Assembly (NCBI GenBank): GCA_031430225.1 | Contig: JANPAZ010000052.1 | Location: 1 to 54,479 of the forward strand | Source: Rhodoferax sp. | Lineage (GTDB): Bacteria; Pseudomonadota; Gammaproteobacteria; Burkholderiales; Burkholderiaceae_C | DNA length: 54,479 nt | Reading direction: 5' to 3' | Shown: piece after piece, positions 7,841 to 16,958 of the stretch | Layout of the letters: the number at the start of each line of letters is the position of its first letter | How positions within the stretch are numbered: position 1 is the stretch's first letter | Program-made: the position numbers and the translations under genes | The notes under the pieces: generated by a model | Database searches by the model: none | Seen by the model: only the letters and a program-made list of their open reading frames with translations | What the model was told of the DNA's origin: nothing

Positions 7841-9361
7841 ATGATAGAGATACGACCAGCCCAGCGCTCGCAGGAGATTGAACTCAAGCTGGCACTGCCA
7901 GGGCAAGATATCCGCGAACTGACCCGACAAGTGAAGAATGCACGGCCAATCGCGAGTCAGAAAACACGCAAGCAGAGCCTGCTAAATACCTATTTCGATA
8001 CGCCCGACCAGAAATTGCATCAAATGCAGATTGCATTGAGGGTTCGTCAGATTGCTTCGGGCAAAGGAAATGCCTGGGTGCAAACCCTCAAGACAAACGG
8101 TGGTGGGGACTCAGCGCTGAGCAAGCGCGGCGAATGGGAAGTGGCGATTGGCAGCAGCGTACTCAGCATCGACGCGCTTGCCAATACGCCCTGGCAGGAT
8201 ATCGATCCGGATGGATCCCTTTTTCTGGAACTCGTCCCCTGTTTCACCACCCGTTTCGAGCGCACCAGTTGGGAGGTTCAAGACGAGAGGGGCAGTGTCA
8301 TTGCTGTGTCCTTTGATGTTGGGCAGATTGAAGCGGGCGAACGACATGCCCCAATTTGTGAATTGGAGCTTGAATTGCTTTCCGGCATTCCGGCTTCGTT
8401 GTTCGATGTGGCGGGCAGCATTTCGCAGACGGTGGCCGTCATACCTGCCAGCCAGAGCAAATCAGAACGCGGGCATGCGCTGGCACTGGGAACTACAGAT
8501 ATGCCCCAGCATTCGCGTCCCCCGAGACTGGCTGCGGTTCAGGCGGCGGACGAGGCGGCGACCCTGGTTCTGCGGGAAGTGTTTTCGCAGTTCACACAGA
8601 ATCTGGAGCTCATTCTGGTCACGGACAATCCGGAGGTTGTGCATCAGGCCCGCGTAGGCTGGCGCCGCCTCAAGACCGCTCTGCGTTTTTTCAGCCCGCT
8701 GTTACAGGCCGCGCCAATGCCTGATTTGTCACCAATGCGGCCGATGCTGAGAGCCATGGGTTATTTGCGGGATCTGGACGTGATGATGGCCGGGACGTTG
8801 CCAACCATTGAACGACCCTACGTCGCTGCTGACGAGGCCCGCCAAATCATCTGGGGCCACTTCGAAGCCGTGCTGGTGAAGGCGGCCCAGGCTGCGCGCA
8901 CTGAAGTGCGCCAGGCGATACGGGACCCTGCGGTGGGTTCTGCCCTGCTCGCCATGACGCGATTTATTGAAGATCGGGCTGAAGCGGACGAAAAAGAGTC
9001 TGGGCGCGAGTCCGCACCCGTCGGCGTGAAACCTTGGGCAGAACGCCGGGTGGAAAAGCTTCGCGAAAAACTGAAGTTGGCCCTGAAAAATTGCGTCGAT
9101 GCAGATGACCGGCATCGCGCACGAATTCTGGCCAAGCGCCTGAGATACAGCATAGAAGCTATGCAAACGGTCTTGCCAAAGCAGCGCGCTCGGCGATGGC
9201 TGAAACGGGCGACATCAATCCAGAATGAAATAGGTACCAGCAGGGACTTGCAGCGGTCCATACGTATTGCCGACGACTTGGGTGCCGACCCCGGTTTGCT
9301 TGAATTTCTGCGGGGCTTTGGCCTGGGCACTGAACAAGGCCAGGACCGGCTGAGATTTTGA
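7841..9361 (+). CDS. CYTH and CHAD domain protein (triphosphatase-like / polyphosphate-granule-associated type)
   Basis: N-terminal ExExK signature ('QEIELKLALP'). The C-terminal half carries CHAD-like helices ('VHQARVGWRRLKTALRFF', 'AKRLRYSIEAM'). Confidence 0.8.
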   Translation: MIEIRPAQRSQEIELKLALPGQDIRELTRQVKNARPIASQKTRKQSLLNTYFDTPDQKLHQMQIALRVRQIASGKGNAWVQTLKTNGGGDSALSKRGEWEVAIGSSVLSIDALANTPWQDIDPDGSLFLELVPCFTTRFERTSWEVQDERGSVIAVSFDVGQIEAGERHAPICELELELLSGIPASLFDVAGSISQTVAVIPASQSKSERGHALALGTTDMPQHSRPPRLAAVQAADEAATLVLREVFSQFTQNLELILVTDNPEVVHQARVGWRRLKTALRFFSPLLQAAPMPDLSPMRPMLRAMGYLRDLDVMMAGTLPTIERPYVAADEARQIIWGHFEAVLVKAAQAARTEVRQAIRDPAVGSALLAMTRFIEDRAEADEKESGRESAPVGVKPWAERRVEKLREKLKLALKNCVDADDRHRARILAKRLRYSIEAMQTVLPKQRARRWLKRATSIQNEIGTSRDLQRSIRIADDLGADPGLLEFLRGFGLGTEQGQDRLRF

Positions 9362-9417
9362 TGGATCTGGTACGGCTGCAAGACTCGTTGCGACCTGCAT
9401 ACTGCGATTCACACCGC

Positions 9418-9435
9418 TGTCATTGAACTTGCCTC
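9418..9435 (+). promoter_or_regulatory. Candidate Pho box upstream of phoD
   Basis: CTGTCAT-TGAA-CTTGCCT. The first half-site is a perfect consensus and the second matches 4/7. It lies 31-48 bp upstream of the phoD ATG. Confidence 0.3.
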
Positions 9436-9465
9436 TAATGGCGCTTTTATCTGGAGCGCCATTCA

Positions 9466-11259
9466 ATGTCAGAAACCCGCAATCGTCGTCACTTCATCGT
9501 CAGCAGTGCTTCAACCGCCGCTGCGCTGGCATCTGCCTCTGCTCTGGTTGCCTGCGGTGGTACGAGCACACCGCCAGCGGAGTTCAAATACGGTGTTGCC
9601 AGTGGCGATCCGCTCGCAGACAGGGTCATTTTGTGGACCCACGCAAAAGTCCCGAATTCAAGCGAAGCGGTTGGGTTGACATGGCAACTTGCCGCCGACG
9701 CCAGCTTTACTGTTGTCTCGAAATCAGGGCGCGTGACCGCTTCGCCAAATGAATCCCATACCGCCAAGGTTGACGTCACCGGCCTGACTGCCGGAACCGC
9801 CTATTTCTACCGCTTCGTTGATGACGCGGGCGTTGTATCCAGTGTGGGCACTACGCGGACGTTGCCTGCGGCCGACGCAGCAAGCGTGAAATTTGCGGTG
9901 TTTTCATGCGCGCTCTTTTCTGAAGGCTACTTCAACACCTACGACGCGGCGTCAAAGTCTGACGCGCAGTTCGCCATCCACCTGGGTGACTACATCTACG
10001 AGTACGGCTCGGATCCGGCCAAATTTGGCAACAAGGATGCCGTAGCGTTAAGCCGCGTCACCAGCCCGGCGAACGACATCGTGAGCCTGGAAGACTACCG
10101 CACCCGATATGCGCTCTATCGGTCTGATCTCAACCTTCAGGCGCTGCACGCAAAGATGCCGTGGATCACCGTATGGGACGACCATGAATTCACCAACAAT
10201 GCCTATGTGGGTGGCGCTGAAAACCACAACGCCGCAACCCAGGGCGACTGGACTACCCGCAAAAACACGGCCGCGCGGGCCTACCACGAGTGGATGCCGA
10301 TCCGCACGCAAGACGCCGCCAACCTGCTGAAGATCTATCGCCGATTTGATTTTGGCAAGCTGTTAACCCTGCACATGCTGGACACCCGCATTGAAGGGCG
10401 AGACCGCCAATATGACAGCTTTGGTGATGCAGATGGCGGCATTGGTCGCTACGTGTCAGGCCTCACTCCGGTCAATGGCGCGCTGCCTGACTCGACCCGC
10501 AAGATGATCAGCACCACACAGCAGGATTGGTTGGTGAGTGGCATGGCCGCTTCAACCGCGACCTGGCAGTTTCTGGGCAACCAGGACATCATGGCCCGCA
10601 TGTGGTTTCCGGGTTCCGTGTTGCAGGCACAGGCTACAGCAACGGCAAGCCCCACAGCCGCCAATGCCCAGGCAGTGCAAACCGCCATCAGCAGATACCT
10701 CACAGCCAAGGCAACCCGTGCCGCTGGCGGTGTGGCCGCATTGTCAGCTGAGCAAAGCGCGTTGCTGAGCCCAACCACCAACCCGCGTTTGCCCTACAAC
10801 CTTGACGCCTGGGACGGCTACCCGACGAATCGCGAGTTGATCTTTCAAACGGCCAAGGCTCAGGGTAAAAAGCTCGTCGCACTGTCGGGCGACTCTCATA
10901 ACGCATGGTTTACCAACCTGACGACACTCGCAGGTGAAAAAGTGGGTGTGGAATTTGCAACATCGTCGGTGACGGCACCCGGCTTTGAGAGCGCCGGTCT
11001 GGGCTCGTTGGCCAGTTCGCTCGACGGCACCGTGCTGATTTCGCAGTTGGGCAATGCAGCGGTGGGTGCCGGTTTGGGGCTGGTGGATGACCTCCACTAC
11101 AGTGACACCATCCGCCGCGGTTACTTGCTGATGACGGTGACCAGCGCGCCTGTCAAAGGCGAGTTTGTCTTTGTCAGCACGGTCAAGTCCAAAACCTACT
11201 CGGCAGCGATCGGTAAAACCATTACGGTTCCATCAGTTGGCGCTCCCATCTATTCATAA
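9466..11259 (+). CDS. phoD: Alkaline phosphatase/phosphodiesterase PhoD, Tat-exported lipoprotein
   Basis: Twin-arginine signal 'NRRHFIVSSASTAAALASASALVACGG' with a lipobox Cys. 'GVASGDPLADRVILWTH' and 'VWDDHEFTNN' are PhoD hallmarks. Confidence 0.85.
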   Translation: MSETRNRRHFIVSSASTAAALASASALVACGGTSTPPAEFKYGVASGDPLADRVILWTHAKVPNSSEAVGLTWQLAADASFTVVSKSGRVTASPNESHTAKVDVTGLTAGTAYFYRFVDDAGVVSSVGTTRTLPAADAASVKFAVFSCALFSEGYFNTYDAASKSDAQFAIHLGDYIYEYGSDPAKFGNKDAVALSRVTSPANDIVSLEDYRTRYALYRSDLNLQALHAKMPWITVWDDHEFTNNAYVGGAENHNAATQGDWTTRKNTAARAYHEWMPIRTQDAANLLKIYRRFDFGKLLTLHMLDTRIEGRDRQYDSFGDADGGIGRYVSGLTPVNGALPDSTRKMISTTQQDWLVSGMAASTATWQFLGNQDIMARMWFPGSVLQAQATATASPTAANAQAVQTAISRYLTAKATRAAGGVAALSAEQSALLSPTTNPRLPYNLDAWDGYPTNRELIFQTAKAQGKKLVALSGDSHNAWFTNLTTLAGEKVGVEFATSSVTAPGFESAGLGSLASSLDGTVLISQLGNAAVGAGLGLVDDLHYSDTIRRGYLLMTVTSAPVKGEFVFVSTVKSKTYSAAIGKTITVPSVGAPIYS

Positions 11260-11317
11260 GCCAACGGCCGATAAGCCGCCTGCTTCTGCAAAACACTTGA
11301 ATACGCTGAAGCTGCGG

Positions 11318-11791
11318 ATGCGGGACCACCTGGCCGGGTTTTTGAGCCGCATTTGTTTGCTGTCTCTCTACCTGGCCTTGCCCGTGATGCCGCTGTTTGC
11401 CAGCATCGTTTTTCTACGCCTGAAATACGTCACGGCCTACTTTGAAACCTTCAGGAAGTGCGTCACGCATGTGCGGGCCCTTGCTGAGGGGCCAGCGAAT
11501 CACTATTTCCGGGACATTGCAGGTCTGGTCAAAGAAGTACCGAACGACATCCAGGGCTCTTGCGTGCAATGTGGCAATTGCTGCATGGACCACCGATGCA
11601 TGTTTCTGGAACCAATTGGCGATCAGAAATTCAACTGCGGCATCTATGGCTCTGTCTGGCGCAACTTCTCAAACTGCAAGTCATTTCCACTGAACCGCAA
11701 CGACATCGAACGGTACAAATGCCCCAGCTACTTCGTTACAGGGGAGGCACCCATCCAGTTCGTGGTGCAACCCTCGGTGCGAGTGGACTGA
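11318..11791 (+). CDS. YkgJ-family (UPF0153) cysteine-cluster protein
   Basis: 'CVQCGNCCMDHRC...NCGIYGSVWRNFSNCKSFP' fits the CxxCxxCC zinc/iron-chelating motif. The internal ATG at 11318 was chosen because the longer ORF would overlap the phoD 3' end. Confidence 0.65.
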   Translation: MRDHLAGFLSRICLLSLYLALPVMPLFASIVFLRLKYVTAYFETFRKCVTHVRALAEGPANHYFRDIAGLVKEVPNDIQGSCVQCGNCCMDHRCMFLEPIGDQKFNCGIYGSVWRNFSNCKSFPLNRNDIERYKCPSYFVTGEAPIQFVVQPSVRVD

Positions 11792-11797
11792 CCTGGA

Positions 11798-13675
11798 TCA
11801 AGGCTTCCATTCATCCCACGCCTTTAGCGCCCGCATCAGGGGGCGCTTTTTCGATTGATGGGCCTGCATGCGTTTCAAGATGTCGTCCAGCGTACGCATG
11901 GCGGCAAGAATATGAGGGCCTTTGTTCAGCATGACGCACTCCGCGCGGGCGCCCATCGCGGCGTCTGTGATCTCGGCCCGTGAGGGCATGCCTGTTTTTG
12001 CCAGCCCCTCCAGAACCTGCGTAGCCCACACCACAGGCGTATGTGCGCTCTCGCAAGCCCACAGGATTTCCTCCTGCACTTCTGCCAGACGTTCAAAACC
12101 GCACTCCACCGCCAGGTCACCCCGGGCAATCATCACTCCGGTTGCCGGACCCGTCATCGCAGCCAGCAACATCTCGGGCATGTGCTCGAACCCAAGCCGG
12201 GTTTCGACCTTGAGGATAATTCCCATGTGCGAGGCGCCCAGTTCGCCCAGCCGCTGGCGCAATGCGCGCACGTCACCCGCCGACTGGGCAAAGGACAGGC
12301 CGACGATGTCAGCGTATTTCGCAACGGTCGCCAAGTCATCCAGGTCTTTCTCTGTCAGCGCGGGCAGATCCAGGCGAGTATCCGGCAGGTTGATGCCCTT
12401 GTCCGCAGCAAGCTTGTCACCGCCGTCACGGGCAACCGTGATCTCAACCTCGATACGCTTTGCCCCCGCCTTTCGCACAACACCGCCAATATGGCCGTCA
12501 TCAAACCAGATGTGTTCGCCCTTTCGGACCCGTTTCAAAACGGAGGGCAAGGTGCACGCAATCGAAGCGGGTTTGGCGCGACGATTCTTGCTGGCTGGCA
12601 CGGCAGCATGTCCAAGCCCCTGTGCCACCACACGCAGAATATCGCCGCATTGCAAGTGCAATTGGCCCGCTGAAACAGGAAGATCGTGCAAATGCGTCTC
12701 CTGCAGTTTTTGCCCTTTGTGCCGCAGCCGCAGGCGTGTGTCTGTCGTGAGGTAGGCGGTGCGCTCGCACTGGGTGATAACACCGGTCGATTCTCGGCTC
12801 ACCACGGTCAGTCGCCGCTCGGCATCGCGTGCGTCGGTCAGGTCAATCGTGTCACCCACCTTGAGCCGCTCAAGCCACGTTGCGTCAACGCCCAGGCTCA
12901 GCACAGCCCCCTCGACAGCGAAGACCGAACCAGCGGCGCGCAAACCCACACGCGTTGGTGCAACCACGCGACCCAATGCATCCCGCTCCGGCTTGATTTT
13001 GACAGCAGCAACGCCGCCTTCAATCGGACCGGTTCGTAATTTGGGGCCCCCCAGGTCCATCAGTATCCGGACTTCCCGCCGGGCCGCAGCGGCTAGCGCG
13101 CGCACTCGGTGCGCCATGGCGATCCACTCTTGGGCGCTGTCATGCGCGCAATTGATGCGCGCGATGTCCATCCCGGCCGTGATGAGACCCGCCACAAGCG
13201 AGTCATCGTGAGCCGCCTCGCCAGGCAAGGTCACCATCATGCGTACCGTGCGCTCCTTGGGCAAACCACCAAACAGGGCGTCAGCATTGCGTGAGAGCAA
13301 TTCACTGCCTCGCGCGAAGCTGTCAGGCACTTCCCTGGATTGCAAAAGCCAATCCTGTCCTGCAAGATCGCATAAGATGCCCAGCACTTTGTGAATACTC
13401 GCCAACACGTGGTTTTCTGCCCGGCCAAGCGACGAGAGCCCCATGCAGGCCAGACGCTCCTGGAGATCCCGCATGTCAATACCCCGCAGCGCCATGTAAT
13501 GGATCAGGTTGATGGCACTGGGAAGGTGCGCCGGCTCGATCATGCGCAGCCAGGGTTCGAACTTCGCCTGCTGGTCCAGAATCACTTTTCGGATCGCAAG
13601 CAGTTCCTTGATCAGGCTTTCGACGGCCTTGACGTCCCACAGGTGAACGGGCGCTGGACTGGATTTCGATTTCAT
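11798..13675 (-). CDS. Pyruvate-kinase-family protein with an atypical architecture
   Basis: PK barrel motifs are present: 'MDIARINCAHD', 'GGPKLRTG', 'KVETRLGFEHMPE', 'MIARGDLAVE', 'ATQVLEGLAKTGMPSRAEITDAA' and 'VMLNKGP'. The ATG at 13675 has GAGG upstream. See the corresponding finding for the architecture. Confidence 0.75.
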   Translation of the reverse strand: MKSKSSPAPVHLWDVKAVESLIKELLAIRKVILDQQAKFEPWLRMIEPAHLPSAINLIHYMALRGIDMRDLQERLACMGLSSLGRAENHVLASIHKVLGILCDLAGQDWLLQSREVPDSFARGSELLSRNADALFGGLPKERTVRMMVTLPGEAAHDDSLVAGLITAGMDIARINCAHDSAQEWIAMAHRVRALAAAARREVRILMDLGGPKLRTGPIEGGVAAVKIKPERDALGRVVAPTRVGLRAAGSVFAVEGAVLSLGVDATWLERLKVGDTIDLTDARDAERRLTVVSRESTGVITQCERTAYLTTDTRLRLRHKGQKLQETHLHDLPVSAGQLHLQCGDILRVVAQGLGHAAVPASKNRRAKPASIACTLPSVLKRVRKGEHIWFDDGHIGGVVRKAGAKRIEVEITVARDGGDKLAADKGINLPDTRLDLPALTEKDLDDLATVAKYADIVGLSFAQSAGDVRALRQRLGELGASHMGIILKVETRLGFEHMPEMLLAAMTGPATGVMIARGDLAVECGFERLAEVQEEILWACESAHTPVVWATQVLEGLAKTGMPSRAEITDAAMGARAECVMLNKGPHILAAMRTLDDILKRMQAHQSKKRPLMRALKAWDEWKP

Positions 13676-13841
13676 GAACTTAACCTCACTAGGTCCGAGT
13701 CTGTTCCAGATCCGTGAAGGCTGGATGACAAAGCGAAAACACCTGTTGCCCGTTATGTGCGACAGGGCACACACGCAGGTGACCCATTCACCTACATTGC
13801 GCAATGCTTAGTCTGTTCACTGCACCTCAAAGGATTTATCC

Positions 13842-14939
13842 ATGTTGATACGCAGACACTTCTTGCTGGCCGCAGCAACGCCCGCCGCAACAACCCTGGC
13901 GCTGACTGCGTGCGAATCAGGCCCAGCCAGGGAGCAAGAAGCGCGACGCATTCGACTCCCCGTGGCCTACAACGATGGGGACGAGGCCGTCCGGATGCGC
14001 GAGCTGGTCCGCTTCGCAACACTCGCCGCAACTAGCCACAATACCCAAAGCTGGAAGTTCCGTTTGGCCACGGAATCAATCAGTCTGGAGGTCGACCCGC
14101 TTCGACGCACCCCGGTGGTAGACCCGGATGACCATCACCTGTATGTGTCGCTAGGCTGCGCCACTGAGAATCTGGTCCATGCCGCGCTTGCGACGGGTCT
14201 GCAGGCCACATCGGACTTCGACCCAGGCGGCTTAGGCGCCATCCGGGTCGCACTGGAAACCACCAAGGCGGTAACTTCGCCGCTGTATCAGGCGATCACA
14301 CAACGCCAGTGCACACGAGGTGACTACGATGGCACGAGCATCGCCGCTGCAGAACTGCAACTGCTTGAGCAGGCAGGGACCGGCCCCGGCGTGCGAGTGA
14401 TGCTGATCACAGATCGCCCTTCGATCGAAAAAACGCTGGAGTTCGTGGTAGCCGCCAACTCAGTGCAGATCAACGACGACGCGTTTGTTGAAGAGCTCAA
14501 AGCCTGGATCCGCTTCAGCCACGATGAAGCCCTGCGCACCGGAGACGGTCTCTTCACTGGTACGACGGGCAACCCTGCCCTGCCACGCTGGTTGGGAAGC
14601 CGGATGTTGGGCGTTTTCATGACACCGAAATCCGACAGTGAACGCTATTCAAGGCAGATCCGGAGCTCATCCGGGCTCGCAGTGTTCGTCGCCGATACCA
14701 GCGACAAGGCCCATTGGGTACAGGTGGGCCGTTGCTACCAACGATTCGCCTTGCAGGCTACAGCCCTTGGCATTCGCAACGCGTTCCTGAATCAACCGGT
14801 GGAGGTCGCAGCCATACGACCCCAATTTGCGGCGGCGTTGGGACTGGGTAGCTTGCGCCCAGACCTGGCGGTGCGCTTTGGACGCGGGGCGACGATGCCC
14901 TGGTCGATGCGCAGACCCGTGCAGGACGTCTTGGTCTGA
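13842..14939 (+). CDS. Acg-family nitroreductase-fold FMN-binding protein with a Tat/lipoprotein-type signal
   Basis: 'MLIRRHFLLAAATPAATTLALTAC' is a signal peptide. The rest looks like a tandem nitroreductase-like fold ('SHNTQSWKF', 'NQPVEV'). The family call is made from memory of Acg-like proteins. Confidence 0.7.
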   Translation: MLIRRHFLLAAATPAATTLALTACESGPAREQEARRIRLPVAYNDGDEAVRMRELVRFATLAATSHNTQSWKFRLATESISLEVDPLRRTPVVDPDDHHLYVSLGCATENLVHAALATGLQATSDFDPGGLGAIRVALETTKAVTSPLYQAITQRQCTRGDYDGTSIAAAELQLLEQAGTGPGVRVMLITDRPSIEKTLEFVVAANSVQINDDAFVEELKAWIRFSHDEALRTGDGLFTGTTGNPALPRWLGSRMLGVFMTPKSDSERYSRQIRSSSGLAVFVADTSDKAHWVQVGRCYQRFALQATALGIRNAFLNQPVEVAAIRPQFAAALGLGSLRPDLAVRFGRGATMPWSMRRPVQDVLV

Positions 14940-14941
14940 CC

Positions 14942-15150
14942 CTGCCTGTGACATTCTTCGCGACGAGCCGCCTTCTGCTTCGGAAAATCGTGAAATCGTG
15001 ACTTGGCAACTATGTAGCCAAATGGGGGCTGCGCTTGCCTGCTACAGGCTATTCTCACTGGCACCACTTTTACTGATCGCGATCTCTCTGACAGGGACTG
15101 TCGGTCGGGAAGTTGCCCAGGAAGGCTATCGGAATCATGCAGAGCGTTGA
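14942..15150 (+). pseudogene. Decayed 5' fragment of a yihY/BrkB-family gene, duplicate of 16959 onward
   Basis: It aligns codon by codon with the intact yihY start (TFFATSRLLLRKIVKS*LGNYV versus TFSSIRLLLRQIVKSWLGDYV). ATG is replaced by CTG at 14942, TGG by TGA at 14999-15001, and there is a 1-nt deletion near 15020. Confidence 0.7.
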
Positions 15151-15373
15151 CGCGGCGGGCCAAATCTACCCCGCAGTGCGCACCTGCATCGACCTGTTCG
15201 AAGCAGCTGCCTGGCCCGCCATCCAACCGGCCCATCCGGGACGCAGCTTTAGCACCGGGCGCACCTTAATCGACAACCGCCCTGAGCAACTTAGGATGGA
15301 CTTCTTCCTGTGGCGTCGAGCTGCCATGGGATAGCTTATTCAGCGGCAGTAAGGCTTCAAACTGCAAGTGGCA

Positions 15374-16423
15374 TCAATGGGAGTGCAAATGGTGGGCGTC
15401 AGGAACATGAGGGTGTGCATGGCGCAGCGGCTCGTGGTGGTGCCCATGGCTGTGCGCACCCTTTGGCATGGGGTCGTGAACATGGTTGTGATGCCCGTCG
15501 TCATGCTGGTGTGCGTGCTCATGGTCCATCGGCTCATGGCGGTGACCATGCGTATGGGTTTCCACCAGATGCAGCACTACGCCCAACAGCATGAGCACGC
15601 CACCGCCTGCCGTCAACACCCCCGCAGATCGCTCTCCCAACGCAAAAGCCAGCAGCGCACCGATGAACGGCGCAAACGCAAACACAGAGCCGGTTCGCGC
15701 AGCACCAAAAGCGCGTTGTGCCAGCAGATAAAACCGCAGGCTCAAACCATATCCGATCGCGCCCACGGCCAGCAGGCCCAAAACCGCTGACAACTTCGGG
15801 ATGGGCTCCTGCACGGCCAGTGCGATCAAGCCTGTAGCGCATGCACCCAAGGTCGATTTGGCCAAAACCACCTGGCCCGGATCGCGATCTGCCACGCGGC
15901 GCGACAGGGTGTTGTCAACGCCCCAGGCTGCCGTGGCAAGCAGCACTGCAGACAGGCCGGCCAGTTGATAGGCACCAAGCCGGCCTTGATCCAGCACCAG
16001 GACAACGCCCCCGCACAGTAGCAGCAGCATGGCCACCCAGACCCGCCGACCCATCGTCTCGCGATACAAACCTCGGGCCAAAATGACCGTAAAAAATGCC
16101 TCCAGGGAAAGCATCAGTGACGCGCTCGTGCCGCTGGTGCGCTGCAGGCCCCAGGCCAGGGCCACCGGCCCAATCACCGCCCCAAAGCTGGCCATGGCCA
16201 GCAGCCGAACCACATCGCCCCGCCTCAGTTGGGCCTCCACTTCGACGGGCCGGCGAAGCAGCGCACCCATGACCGCTGCGCCCGCGTACAGCAATGCTGC
16301 CGTTGTGAACGTGCCCGCGCCCGTGCCAAAGAACTGGACCAGTGGCGTACTAACCCCGAACAGCACGGCGGCCAGCAATGCCAACGCACCACCGCGCCAT
16401 GCGGGACCCAACAATGTAATCAA
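15374..16423 (-). CDS. DMT/EamA-family transporter with a histidine-rich C-terminal tail
   Basis: About 10 hydrophobic segments with EamA-like repeats. The last ~65 residues contain about 25 His by my count ('HTHGHRHEPMDHEHAHQHDDGHHNHVH...HSHGHHHEPLRHAHPHVPDAHHLHSH'). The start is TTG and is uncertain. Confidence 0.8.
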   Translation of the reverse strand: MITLLGPAWRGGALALLAAVLFGVSTPLVQFFGTGAGTFTTAALLYAGAAVMGALLRRPVEVEAQLRRGDVVRLLAMASFGAVIGPVALAWGLQRTSGTSASLMLSLEAFFTVILARGLYRETMGRRVWVAMLLLLCGGVVLVLDQGRLGAYQLAGLSAVLLATAAWGVDNTLSRRVADRDPGQVVLAKSTLGACATGLIALAVQEPIPKLSAVLGLLAVGAIGYGLSLRFYLLAQRAFGAARTGSVFAFAPFIGALLAFALGERSAGVLTAGGGVLMLLGVVLHLVETHTHGHRHEPMDHEHAHQHDDGHHNHVHDPMPKGAHSHGHHHEPLRHAHPHVPDAHHLHSH

Positions 16424-16678
16424 AGCGATTTCCCAAATAGTGAGGTAATTTTAGAGACACGACCGAAAAACGGAAGAGACAACGAGAGTACGGAGGGCTG
16501 AATCTGAATATTTTCATATTTACCCCATGGCGCGGGACGGTCAGATCAAACGGCTGCCTGAGCGTGAGTGCCTGATGGCGGCACAGCCAGCTATGTGGTG
16601 TGGGCCACAGATCGCAACTCGGCTTCAGACTACATTCGCAGGGTCTTGTCCGTCCATTGACCCAACTTGAGATACACC

Positions 16679-16852
16679 ATGCTGCTATGCAGACAACTTG
16701 TTTTGGCCGCAGCCCCTCTGGGTGCATCGACCCCCGCCCTGATCGCTTGCTCAGCGAGTCAGAAGCGTGAGGCTTAGCGCGCGGGCGAAGGACCCTTCAC
16801 GCAAACGACGGACAACCCTATCCTGCCGCGCTCGCCGGGTAGCCAGATATAG
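16679..16852 (+). pseudogene. Remnant of a second Acg-type nitroreductase gene (signal-peptide end, in-frame stop)
   Basis: 'MLLCRQLVLAAAPLGASTPALIACSASQKREA*' parallels 'MLIRRHFLLAAATPAATTLALTACESGPAREQEA' of the intact gene. There is a TAG at 16775-16777. About 50 bp upstream also resembles the intact gene's upstream region. Confidence 0.5.
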
Positions 16853-16958
16853 GGGGCTTTCACGACACCAAAACCAAAAGTTGCTCTAATATTTATAGCT
16901 AACTGTCCAATGGATACGCTGGTCAATCCCCTAAGTTCAATATAACCATGTGCCAACA

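Noticed and set aside
11165-11317. An upstream extension of the YkgJ-like ORF (208-aa version) overlapping the last 95 bp of phoD.
   Set aside because: The extension is low-complexity and overlaps a well-supported gene. The internal ATG at 11318 gives a protein of normal size for this family.
15310-15790. Plus-strand ORFs rich in Met/Val/His opposite the 3' end of the EamA gene.
   Set aside because: They are generated by the reverse complement of the repeated CAT/CAC (His) codons of the transporter tail. They have no start context and no independent support.
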